From NCBI GenBank assembly GCA_035649235.1, contig DASRJX010000119.1, forward strand, positions 5,549 to 69,548: 64,000 nucleotides of DNA, in the 5' to 3' direction. The translations under genes and the position numbers were made by a program. The notes under the pieces were generated by a model. The model was not told where the DNA came from and searched no databases. It was given only the letters and a program-made list of their open reading frames with translations. Below are positions 8,160 to 16,745 of the stretch, in pieces; position 1 is the first letter of the stretch; each line of letters starts with the position of its first letter. The DNA comes from Candidatus Cryosericum sp. (GTDB lineage: Bacteria > Acidobacteriota > Polarisedimenticolia > Gp22-AA2).

Positions 8160-9137
8160 TCAGCGCGGCCCCCGGCCGCCACCGGGAGAATTCGGATCCG
8201 GCTCGCCCGGCGCGGGCTCCGCGGGCGCGGGCTCCGCGGGCGCGGGTTCCGCGGGCCCGGCGGGCGCCGGCGCCTCGTCGGAAGCTCCCGGCTGGGGCTG
8301 GGCCTCGGGAACCGTGGCGCGCTCGCCTCCCTCCTCCTGCGGCGCCGGGATCTGGAAGGGCACACCGGGCGGCTCCAGCGGCTTCGGTGGGGGCTGCGGG
8401 GCGGCGCGCGGCGGCTTCGCCTTCGGAGGCGGCTCCTGCCCCGCCTGCGGCAGGGTGAAGCCGCGCGGCGGCAGCACCAGACAGCGGAGATCGGGAATGA
8501 GCGAGCGGTAGACTTCGGCGCCGGTTTTCTCGTCGAGCTGCACGGAGAGCTCGAGGCGCGGCGCATCCCCACCCCCCCCGCCGCGGAGCCTGTCCCACAG
8601 GCCCCGCACCGACGCCCACCGCATCCGCAGGCCGCTCCCCGCCCCCGGGCCGCTGACGTACAGGACCACCGGCTGCTTGAACTGGACGCGGTAGGCCTTG
8701 GGCGGCTCCGGCGGCAGGATGTTCGCCACGTTTTCGTCGTCGGCCCCGGCCTCCACCTGCTCGGGCGTCAGGGGATTGAGCCGCGGGTCGCCGTCCTTCT
8801 CCCGCACCGTGAAGATCCCGGCGAGCAGTGGAGGGTCTGGATTCGTCCCATGCTTCGCCGGCACCAGCCCCTTGGTGCTCAAGTCGGGAAGCGGCACCTC
8901 GCGGAGCGTCATCCCGAGGAGCCGGTAGCGCAGCGTCTTCGCCTCCAGATCGAGGACGAGGTAGGGCTTGCGCGTCGAAGCGAGCGCCATCTCGGTCTCG
9001 AGCGCCGCCACCCTCCGACGTTCCGATTCGAAGGCGTCGCGCGTCGGGACGCCCGCAGCACCGCCACGGAGGAGGCCCTCCCCGGCAGCCAGCGCGAAGA
9101 GCGCTGCGGCGATCGTCCGGATGGATCGTGCTCTCAT
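8160..9137 (-). CDS. Hypothetical exported protein with C-terminal Pro/Ala-rich repeat tail
   Basis: ATG 9137. Signal peptide MRARSIRTIAAALFALAAG. C-terminus (PAEPA)n low-complexity region encoded by tandem 15-nt repeats. Confidence 0.5.
   Translation of the reverse strand: MRARSIRTIAAALFALAAGEGLLRGGAAGVPTRDAFESERRRVAALETEMALASTRKPYLVLDLEAKTLRYRLLGMTLREVPLPDLSTKGLVPAKHGTNPDPPLLAGIFTVREKDGDPRLNPLTPEQVEAGADDENVANILPPEPPKAYRVQFKQPVVLYVSGPGAGSGLRMRWASVRGLWDRLRGGGGGDAPRLELSVQLDEKTGAEVYRSLIPDLRCLVLPPRGFTLPQAGQEPPPKAKPPRAAPQPPPKPLEPPGVPFQIPAPQEEGGERATVPEAQPQPGASDEAPAPAGPAEPAPAEPAPAEPAPGEPDPNSPGGGRGPR
8211..8255. repeat. Three tandem 15-nt repeats (CGCGGGCTCCGCGGG x2, CGCGGGTTCCGCGGG) encoding PAEPA repeats in the 8160-9137 gene
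   Basis: Direct reading of the sequence. Confidence 0.8.
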
Positions 9138-9148
9138 GCCGTGGGTCC

Positions 9149-9796
9149 CTAAAAGATGTACACCGCCGTGCCGATCTTCACGCGGTGGTAGACGGTGTCG
9201 AGGTCCTGGTCCCCGAGCCGCACGCAGCCGTGCGTGATGCTCAACCCCAGCGCCCGCTGATAGAGCGTCCCGTGGATCAGGTAACCGTCTCCGAGGTCCA
9301 TGGCGTAAGCACCGAGCTCGGCCGGCGCCAGGCGCTCGGCGATCCCCCGCGGGATCGGCTCTCCGACCTCCAGGAACGCCCAGTCGGGCTTGATCCAGAC
9401 AGGATTCGGGTGCTTGGCCCGGATGAAGAACTCGCCGCGCGGCGTGTCGAAGACCCAGCGGCGCTTCCGCGCCGGATCGAGCAGGGCCCGCCCGCTTCCC
9501 GTGGAGCAGGTCGCGCGCAGAGTCTCCTGGCCGTTCTCGTACAGAGACAGGAGATTGCGGCCCGTGTCGATCACCACGTAGGTCTTTCCCTGGCCCGGCC
9601 GGAGCGCCGCGATCTTGCGCTCCAGCGCCTGGGCGCGCGCCTCCAGCGCCTGATGCTCCCGCCGCAGGGAGGCGTCGAGCGGCGTCAGGTCGGGGGCCGG
9701 CGCCGGCGCCCCGCCACGCAGCCACACGGCCACCCCCGCCGCCAGAAGCGCGCCCGCGACGGCCGCCGTCAGAAGCGCCATCCTGTGACCGGTCAT
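9149..9796 (-). CDS. L,D-transpeptidase (YkuD/ErfK domain)
   Basis: Catalytic motif HGT...ITHGCVRL. N-terminal TM/signal segment and coiled-coil. Start taken at MTGHRMALL (9796); an alternative start is 9781. Confidence 0.7.
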   Translation of the reverse strand: MTGHRMALLTAAVAGALLAAGVAVWLRGGAPAPAPDLTPLDASLRREHQALEARAQALERKIAALRPGQGKTYVVIDTGRNLLSLYENGQETLRATCSTGSGRALLDPARKRRWVFDTPRGEFFIRAKHPNPVWIKPDWAFLEVGEPIPRGIAERLAPAELGAYAMDLGDGYLIHGTLYQRALGLSITHGCVRLGDQDLDTVYHRVKIGTAVYIF

Positions 9797-10896
9797 TCCA
9801 GCACCCCGTCCGGTATGGTACCGACGATCGTGACCGGAGTCCCGACCACGACGCGCGACGCCAGATCGTCCATGTCGTCGTTGGAGAGGGCGACGCATCC
9901 CTGGGTCCAGTCCTGCGATCTCCCTCCGTCGCCGTGGATCTCGATGTTGTTGCCGATGCGTCCATCGCGCGGGACCTTTCCGGCCCGCTTCGCCAGGCGG
10001 AAGCGCTCGCGGTCGTCCTCGTTCGGGTAGTCGAGCATCAGCGCCCGATGATAGCGGGTCTGACCCGGTCCCCGCACCTCGGTCACCTTGTAGCGTCCTT
10101 CGGGAGTGAACTCGTCGCCCGCGCGCGTCTTGGAGGCGATGCCCCCCGCCCCGAGGTCGACGGTGTAGGACGCCAGATCTTCGCGCCCGCGCACCACCAG
10201 GAGCTGCCGCCGCAGCTTATCGACCAGGATGACCGTCCGGTCCTCGCGCACCGAGAGCCGGACCGTCTCCTCGACCCAGCGCCGCCAGACGGCGGTTCGC
10301 GGACTGTCCCGGAACTCGTCGATGAAGCGGCCGATCTCCTCGACCGACGAGCGGATCTGCCCACTCCCGCGCGCCGCCGCCTCCTCAGCGCGCTCGAAAT
10401 GCCCCCGCCCGAAGCTCGTGCGCCCCTCGCCGAGCGCCAGCACCGCCTTGAGGATGTCGTTCTTGATCCCCTCCCCGTCGGGCACGTGGCGGGCCAGTGC
10501 CGTGGCGCGTGCGATGTCGGCCTCCAGCCCGGACAGGGCCCTTTCGGCCCGGTCGCGCTTCAGGTCGCGCGCCGCGCGGGCATGGGAGACACAGATGTGC
10601 GCGGCCTGGACCGCCCGCGAAGTCAGAAGCGCCGCCTCGGTGAAGTCCTGCGACCAGGAGCTCCGCTTGGACTGCAGGCGCACCTCCGCCTCCGCCCTCG
10701 CCAGAGCCGCCTGCGCGGCCGCGCAGACGGCGGGAGCGCGCAGGGCGCCTTCCGCCTCGGCCGCGCGGGCCATGGCCCGGCGCGCCGACTCGAGCTGCGT
10801 CCGGGGCGGCTGGCCGCAGGCGCAGAGCGCGAGGACGCCCGCCAGGACAGCCACCCACCGTCGCGATCGCGGAGCCCGTGGGGCGAAGTGTCTCAC
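9793..10896 (-). CDS. Lipoprotein with DUF4398-like N-terminal coiled coil and C-terminal L,D-transpeptidase domain
   Basis: Lipobox-like LALCAC. C-terminal IEIHGDG...WTQGCVALSNDDMDDL YkuD motif. Confidence 0.7.
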   Translation of the reverse strand: MRHFAPRAPRSRRWVAVLAGVLALCACGQPPRTQLESARRAMARAAEAEGALRAPAVCAAAQAALARAEAEVRLQSKRSSWSQDFTEAALLTSRAVQAAHICVSHARAARDLKRDRAERALSGLEADIARATALARHVPDGEGIKNDILKAVLALGEGRTSFGRGHFERAEEAAARGSGQIRSSVEEIGRFIDEFRDSPRTAVWRRWVEETVRLSVREDRTVILVDKLRRQLLVVRGREDLASYTVDLGAGGIASKTRAGDEFTPEGRYKVTEVRGPGQTRYHRALMLDYPNEDDRERFRLAKRAGKVPRDGRIGNNIEIHGDGGRSQDWTQGCVALSNDDMDDLASRVVVGTPVTIVGTIPDGVLE

Positions 10897-10930
10897 CTGC
10901 TCAAGATAGGACCTGGGGCGGGAAGAATCA

Positions 10931-10967
10931 CGGGGCCCGGCCTGCCTGGGAGCCTGCCGGGGCCCCG
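10931..10967 (-). terminator. Candidate intrinsic terminator downstream of the 10982-11578 lipoprotein gene
   Basis: CGGGGCCCGGC-(13 nt)-GCCGGGGCCCCG inverted repeat, followed on the minus strand by UGAUUCUUCC. Confidence 0.3.
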
Positions 10968-10981
10968 TTCGAGTGAGGTCG

Positions 10982-11578
10982 TTACCGTCGGGCGCCCGCC
11001 CGTTTCGCCTTCGCCGCTTCGAGCTGCGTGGCGATCGAGGTGGCCTGATCCTTCACCGAGGTCGAGCTCTCGAGCGCTTTCTTGTAATCCTCCGAGCCGA
11101 AGCTCTGGCGCGCCGCGTCGAGCGTCGACTTGAGGGTCGTGAGATCGTTCTTGAAAAGCTCGAGATCGGCCTTGGAGTCCTTGGTCACCGGAGCCACCTT
11201 GAGCGCCGCCTCCGCCGCCTGGACGGCGGTGTCGGCCGCGGCGATCGTCGCCTCGGCGTCCTTCCGGGCCTGCTCCTTATTGGCGGCAGAGGCCTCGGCG
11301 GCCTTGGCCGCGTCCTCCCGGGCCTTGGCGAGAAGTTCCTTGGCCTTGTCGTAGTTCTTGATCCACTTCTCGTTCTGGGCGCTGATCTCGGCCTGGGCCG
11401 CGCTCATGCCCTCATCGGCAGCCTTGATCTCGTTCGGAGCCCAGGTTTCCGCCTGGGCCTGCCGGGCCCGGTCCATCTCCGCCTGTGTCGAGTTGATCTC
11501 ATCCTGCGGCGGCTTGGCGCAACCGACCGCGACGATCATGGAGAGTGCAGCCATGGATACAAGCGTCGATCGTTTCAT
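10982..11578 (-). CDS. Coiled-coil lipoprotein, A/K/E-rich (DUF4398/LEA-like)
   Basis: Signal peptide plus lipobox MIVAVGCAK. The rest is helical low-complexity sequence. Codon usage is noticeably more AT-rich than in neighbouring genes. Confidence 0.55.
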   Translation of the reverse strand: MKRSTLVSMAALSMIVAVGCAKPPQDEINSTQAEMDRARQAQAETWAPNEIKAADEGMSAAQAEISAQNEKWIKNYDKAKELLAKAREDAAKAAEASAANKEQARKDAEATIAAADTAVQAAEAALKVAPVTKDSKADLELFKNDLTTLKSTLDAARQSFGSEDYKKALESSTSVKDQATSIATQLEAAKAKRAGARR

Positions 11579-11732
11579 AGTTTGAGGTCGCCTCCTTGGC
11601 CAGGTGCCAGAGTTCAGTGGTCAACAACTCACGGACGGTCTGACGGCTTCGCTCCTTGCTTGTCCAGCTTCGAGCGCCTCACCTCCTCCCGCCGAGAGGG
11701 CCGAGAGGATACCAGAATCGGGCCGGCCCTGA

Positions 11733-12572
11733 CTATTGGGCGGCGTTCCCACCTTCGATCAGCTCCCCCGCGCGCCGGGAGGCCCGCACGACGGCCTTGA
11801 TCAGGGTGACGCGGAGCCCGCCCTCCTCCAGCTCCAGGAGGCCGTCGATGGTGCATCCGGCCGGTGTCGTGACGATGTCCTTCAGCTTCGCCGGATGCTC
11901 CCCCGACTCGAGGACCATCGCCGCGGACCCGAGGACCATCTGCGCGGCGAGCGTGGTCGCCACGTCGCGCGGCAGGCCCACCTTGACGCCGCCCTCCGCG
12001 AGGGACTCGATCACCACGTAGATGTAGGCCGGGCCGGAGGCGGAGAGGCCGGTCACGGCGTCCATGTGGCGCTCCTCGAGCGACAGGCAGCGTCCCAGAG
12101 GGGCGAAGACCTGCCGCGCCAGCTCCAGGTGCTCGGGGCGGGCGTGCCGGCCGGCGGCGAGCACCGTCATCCCCTGCCGGATCAGGCACGGAGTGTTCGG
12201 CATGGCGCGCACGACCGGCACCCCCGGGCGCAGCCGCCGTTCGATGTAGGACGTCCCCACCGAGGCCGCGACGGATACGACCAGCTGATCGCGCCGGACG
12301 TGCTTCCTGATGTCGCGCAGGACCTCCGCCATCGCCTGCGGCTTGACGGCCAGCAGGATGAGCCGCGCCCCGCGCACCGCCCGGTCGTTGCGCGGCGTCA
12401 CCTCCACGCCGAGACGGTCGGCGATCGACTGCAGCCGCTCCGGCTGCCGTGCGGTGGCGACGAGATCGCCGCGGCCGACGAGCCGCGTCGAGACCAGCGC
12501 GGCCATCAGGCTCTCGCCGATCTTCCCCGCCCCGAGGACGGCGATCCGGCCGAGGGACTCCTTGCGCGCCAT
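11733..12572 (-). CDS. proC: Pyrroline-5-carboxylate reductase
   Basis: N-terminal GAGKIG Rossmann motif, full-length ProC-like sequence (279 aa). Confidence 0.85.
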   Translation of the reverse strand: MARKESLGRIAVLGAGKIGESLMAALVSTRLVGRGDLVATARQPERLQSIADRLGVEVTPRNDRAVRGARLILLAVKPQAMAEVLRDIRKHVRRDQLVVSVAASVGTSYIERRLRPGVPVVRAMPNTPCLIRQGMTVLAAGRHARPEHLELARQVFAPLGRCLSLEERHMDAVTGLSASGPAYIYVVIESLAEGGVKVGLPRDVATTLAAQMVLGSAAMVLESGEHPAKLKDIVTTPAGCTIDGLLELEEGGLRVTLIKAVVRASRRAGELIEGGNAAQ

Positions 12573-12617
12573 CGGATGCTCCTCGAGCCAACGGTCCGGC
12601 CCGCCGGGGACCGGGGC

Positions 12618-13388
12618 TCAGTACCGGGCCGGAGACGGCGCGGCCGACCTGCTGAAGAGGAACGAGGCGACGAGAAAGCCGGCGACGACGAATCCGAGGG
12701 CGAAGACCCATCCCCCCGGCCCGCCGTACACGGTCGGGTAATGGTTGCTGACCATGAGGAACAGCAACGGGACGGACATGAACGTGTTGTGACGGGAGCG
12801 CATGCCCGCGAGCGCGACGATCGCGGCGTCCGGCGCCTGGCCGTCCTTGATGGCCGCGATGATCTTCCGCTGCGAAGGCCAGATGCGCATCCAGACGTTC
12901 GCGGCCATGATCGTCCCCAGGATGGATCCCACGTGGATGAAGACCGCCCGGCCCGTGAACACCCTGCTGAGACCCCAGGTGATGGCCGCCAGCAGGACGA
13001 GCGAGACCACGGTGCCGGCCATGACGTTGGACTTCAGCCCCGTCTTCCAGAGGGCGTCGTAGAGGCCGAAGCCGACCAGCAGCACCCCGAGGCCGATGAT
13101 CGAACCGACGCCCAGGCTCATCGTCGATTCCGGCTCCAGGAGCGTGCCGCCCATGTAGTAGACGACGCCCAGGAGCAGGATGCCGGTGACCCACGTCCAG
13201 GCCGCTCCCCAGCGGAACCAGTAGAGCGCCCTCGGCATCAGTTCGGGGACCACCTTTTTCTTGGACTCGGCGTCATAGGTCTTGGCGACCTGGGCGTTGA
13301 CGAAATTGAAGAAGTAGAGGTGGCCGATCCAGAGCACGCCCGCCAGCACGTGAATCCATCGGAAGACGATGTTCAGCCACTCGTTCAT
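12618..13388 (-). CDS. Membrane protein resembling the N-terminal membrane domain of urate hydroxylase PuuD (Urate_ox_N-like); no cytochrome c domain
   Basis: ATG 13388 with GGAGGGAAC RBS. Start MNEWLNIVFRWIHVLAGVLWIGHLYFF matches the EWLNLLVRWxHxxAGIxWIGxSFYF signature. About 6 TM helices. Confidence 0.45.
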   Translation of the reverse strand: MNEWLNIVFRWIHVLAGVLWIGHLYFFNFVNAQVAKTYDAESKKKVVPELMPRALYWFRWGAAWTWVTGILLLGVVYYMGGTLLEPESTMSLGVGSIIGLGVLLVGFGLYDALWKTGLKSNVMAGTVVSLVLLAAITWGLSRVFTGRAVFIHVGSILGTIMAANVWMRIWPSQRKIIAAIKDGQAPDAAIVALAGMRSRHNTFMSVPLLFLMVSNHYPTVYGGPGGWVFALGFVVAGFLVASFLFSRSAAPSPARY

Positions 13389-13559
13389 CCTGATGTTCCC
13401 TCCTCTCCATGCCTCGACGCAAAGCGGGCCACAATCTATGCCAATTCGGCGCGACGGCGCAACGGGGCGAGGCGCGCCGCGGTCCGGGACTCGTCCGACC
13501 CAGGCCCCGTCGTTTCGCGTCTTGTCCGCCGGCGGCCGTGGGCGTATATTTCCGGCGTC

Positions 13560-13934
13560 ATGCAGGCCTCGCGCTGGTTCACGGCATCCCTTCTGGCGGC
13601 CATCCTCTGGACCGCCGCCGTGGCTCCTCTGCTCCCCTCGTCGGATGGCGGATTGATGCCGTGCTGCGAGGCAGGACGTCCTTGCGGCCCGGCGCTGCAG
13701 GCGACCGGCTGCTGCCGGCTCGACGCCGCCTCGGATCGGGCGGTCGGGCTGGCCGCGGCCGTCACGCGGAGCCCGGCGTCCTTCAAGGCACACTTGTCGC
13801 CGGTGCCCGCGCTCCCCGCCTTCGCCTTTGCTCCGCCGCTCCTGGCCCGGTTGGCCCTGGCCTTCGCCACGGAGTCGCCACCCCGCGTGGCCGCCTTGCC
13901 GATCTACCTTCTGAACGCCGCGATCCTGCGCTGA
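13560..13934 (+). CDS. Hypothetical small exported Cys-rich protein (MPCCEAGRPCGPALQATGCC) upstream of cusC
   Basis: Signal peptide, cysteine cluster and high GC3, but no recognisable family. Could be spurious. Confidence 0.3.
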   Translation: MQASRWFTASLLAAILWTAAVAPLLPSSDGGLMPCCEAGRPCGPALQATGCCRLDAASDRAVGLAAAVTRSPASFKAHLSPVPALPAFAFAPPLLARLALAFATESPPRVAALPIYLLNAAILR

Positions 13935-14035
13935 TCGTCACACCTCGCATCGATTTCCCGCGTCCCGAGAATCTCTGATCGTGTCCGCGGGGCTGCCGCC
14001 TCGGGCGGCGGGCTCCGCGGCTTCCGAGGTGTGCC

Positions 14036-15388
14036 GTGCGACCAGCTCTCGTCGTTCGAAGGTCCCGTATCACGCTCTTTCCCTGCGCCTTGCTGCTGGC
14101 CGGGGCCGCCTTCCCTGCTCCAGGAGGCCAGGGAGACCCGACTCCCGTGTCGTCCGGCGCAGCCCCCGCCGACCTGGCGCGCCTGATCGAGGAGGCGCTC
14201 GCGGGGCACCCCGGCTTGAAAGCCGCCTCGGCGCGCATCGTGGCGTCGCAGGGTCTGGCCGCGCAGGCGGAGGCGCCGCCCGACCCCGAAATCAGCGTCG
14301 CCTACGTCAACGATGGCGTGTCGAGCTTCACGCTGGGAGACAGCGAGTTCACGACGCTCGCCTTCACCTGGACGCAGGAGGTGCCCTATCCCGGCAAGCG
14401 CCGCGGAGCCGGCGAAGTCGCGCGTCAGGGGATCGCCATGGCCTCCCTCGAGCAGAACCGGGCGCGGCTCGAGATCGCGTCGAACGTCAAGATCGCCTAC
14501 GCCGACCTCTACCTGCTCGACAGGTCCGGGGCCATTCTCGAAGAGACGAGGGCGATCCTCGATTCGCTGGCGCAGACGGCGATGCGGCGCTACGAGGTCG
14601 GCGAGGGGATCCAGGAGACCGTCCTCAAGGCGCAGACGGGCCTGCTGCGGGTCGACGCCCAGATCCTGCGCCTGCGCCAGGATCGGAGGGCCGCCGAGGC
14701 GCGGCTCAACGCCGCGGTCGGGCGCGCGGTCGAGACATCGGTCGGATCGGCCACGACGCTCCCCGAAGGCGGCCTGCCTCCGGATCCCGAGGCGCTGGCC
14801 GACACCGCCGTCGCCAGCTCACCCGGGATCGCGGTCCTCGACGCGGCGGTGCGGCGGCAGGAGGCCGAGGCGCGGCTCGCGCGCGTGGACCTGAAGCCGG
14901 ACTTCCTCTGGTCAGCGTCCTACCAGAACCGGGGGGGCCTCGATCCGATGGTGGGCGCGATGTTCGGCGTCCGCCTGCCGGTCCACAAAGAGCAGAAGCA
15001 GTCGCAGGCCCTCCATCAGGCCGAGGCGGAGCTGGAGGTGGCCCGCCGCCAGCTGGACGATCGGCGGCTCACGACGCGCGCCGCCGTGATCGAGCTGGTC
15101 GCGCGGGCCGAGCGGTCCGAGCAGCTCGCGACTCTCTACGATCAGGGGCTGATCCCACAGGCCCGCGCGGCCCTGGAATCGGCCCTGGCGTCCTACGCGG
15201 TCGGGCGCATCGCCTTTCTCGACGTGCTGAACGACCTGACCGTCCTTCTGGAATCCCGCATCGAGCTCGCCACGCAGCAGTCGGACCGGATGCGGTCCGT
15301 GGCGGGCCTGGAGCCGCTCGTCGGGTTGGATCTGATCCCGGCCTCGCCCACGGTCCCCACAGGAGGATCCGATGCCTTCCCTCGCTAG
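14036..15388 (+). CDS. cusC: Outer-membrane efflux protein (TolC/CusC/CzcC family)
   Basis: Two OEP repeats with coiled-coil, typical length (450 aa). Precedes the MFP and RND genes. Confidence 0.75.
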   Translation: MRPALVVRRSRITLFPCALLLAGAAFPAPGGQGDPTPVSSGAAPADLARLIEEALAGHPGLKAASARIVASQGLAAQAEAPPDPEISVAYVNDGVSSFTLGDSEFTTLAFTWTQEVPYPGKRRGAGEVARQGIAMASLEQNRARLEIASNVKIAYADLYLLDRSGAILEETRAILDSLAQTAMRRYEVGEGIQETVLKAQTGLLRVDAQILRLRQDRRAAEARLNAAVGRAVETSVGSATTLPEGGLPPDPEALADTAVASSPGIAVLDAAVRRQEAEARLARVDLKPDFLWSASYQNRGGLDPMVGAMFGVRLPVHKEQKQSQALHQAEAELEVARRQLDDRRLTTRAAVIELVARAERSEQLATLYDQGLIPQARAALESALASYAVGRIAFLDVLNDLTVLLESRIELATQQSDRMRSVAGLEPLVGLDLIPASPTVPTGGSDAFPR

Positions 15389-16745
15389 GCGACGGGCCGC
15401 GTGGATGGGACTCGGCGTCCTGCTCGGCGCCGCGCTGGTCCTGGCTGGGCTCCGCCTGCTCGGGCGCGGCTCGGAGGAGGGCGCGGACCGCGGTCCCGCC
15501 ACGCCGGCCCGCGCATCCGCAGCCGCGAAACCGCTCTATCACTGTCCGATGCATCCGGCGATGGTGTCCGACCAGCCGGCGGACTGCCCCATCTGCGGCA
15601 TGCGCATGGTCCCCCGGGAACCGGCAGGAGCCGGCGAATCGACGTCCTCCCCGGAGGTCCCGCACGGGCGGGAGAGCGCGGGGCCCGTCGACGCGCGCCG
15701 TGTCGAGGGCCTGGCCGGCGTGCGGATCCCGCTGCGCAAGCAGCAGCTCATCGGCGTGCGCACGGAGGAGGCCAGGGCGATCTCCTTCGTCCGCCGGATC
15801 CGCACGGTGGGACGCGTCACCGCGGACGAGAGCCACCTGCATCACGTTCACTCGAAGGCCGAGGGATGGATCGAGGTGATGCACGTCAATGCCCAGGGCG
15901 TCAAGGTCCGGAAGGGACAGCCGCTCCTGGCGATCTACAGCCCCGAGCTGGTCGCGACGCAGGAGGAGTATCTCCTGGCTCGGCGCGCGCGGCAGGCCTC
16001 CGACGTGACGTCTCTTCCCGAGATGAACCGCACCGGCGACGGCCTCCTCTCCAGCGCCAGGCGGCGCCTGACGCACTTCGGGCTGAGCGCGGCCCAGGTC
16101 GAGGAGCTGGAGAGGACCGGCGTCCCATCCCGCACCGTGACCCTGTACGCCCCGCTCTCCGGCTACGTGACCGCGCGCAACGTCACCCAGGGGGAGAAGA
16201 TCGGCCCCGACACGGCGCTCCTCGACATCGCCGATCTGTCGCGAGTCTGGGTCATCGCGTCCATCTACGAGTACGAGCTGCCGTTCGTCCGCAGCGGGCA
16301 AGTCGCGACCGTGACCCTGTCCTACGTGCCCGGCCGGTCCTTCCAGGGGCGCGTCTCGCTGGTCTATCCGGTGCTGGAGGAGGGCACGCGGACAGTCCAG
16401 GTCCGCGTGGAGTTCGACAATCCCGACCTGCTCCTGAAGCCGGAGATGTACGCCGACGTCGCCATCGAGAGCGACCTCGGGCTCCGGCTCGCGGTGCCCG
16501 AGAGCGCCGTCCTCTCCTCGGGGGCCCGGGACGTCGTCTTCGTGGAACAGGGGGACGGCTTCTTCGAGCCGCGCGAGGTCAGCATCGGCGCGCGGCTCCC
16601 CGACATCGTCGAGATCCTCGACGGCGTCTCCGAAGGCGACAGGGTCGTCGCCTCCGGGACGTTCTTCGTCGACTCCGAATCGAAACTCAAGGCGGCACTC
16701 GAGGCGACCGCGCCGTCAGGCCCCAAACCGGAGCACCGGCACTGA
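15372..16745 (+). CDS. cusB: RND efflux membrane fusion protein with N-terminal heavy-metal-binding YxCPMHP motif (CusB-like)
   Basis: YHCPMHPAMVSDQPADCPICGM metal-binding motif. HlyD_D23 barrel domain. Confidence 0.8.
   Translation: MPSLARRRAAWMGLGVLLGAALVLAGLRLLGRGSEEGADRGPATPARASAAAKPLYHCPMHPAMVSDQPADCPICGMRMVPREPAGAGESTSSPEVPHGRESAGPVDARRVEGLAGVRIPLRKQQLIGVRTEEARAISFVRRIRTVGRVTADESHLHHVHSKAEGWIEVMHVNAQGVKVRKGQPLLAIYSPELVATQEEYLLARRARQASDVTSLPEMNRTGDGLLSSARRRLTHFGLSAAQVEELERTGVPSRTVTLYAPLSGYVTARNVTQGEKIGPDTALLDIADLSRVWVIASIYEYELPFVRSGQVATVTLSYVPGRSFQGRVSLVYPVLEEGTRTVQVRVEFDNPDLLLKPEMYADVAIESDLGLRLAVPESAVLSSGARDVVFVEQGDGFFEPREVSIGARLPDIVEILDGVSEGDRVVASGTFFVDSESKLKAALEATAPSGPKPEHRH

Noticed and set aside
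8160-9965. 601-aa ORF spanning the Pro-rich protein and the L,D-transpeptidase region
   Set aside because: Its N-terminal two-thirds are an out-of-frame read over the YkuD gene (9149-9796), which has clear catalytic motifs. The real gene starts at ATG 9137 with a signal peptide.
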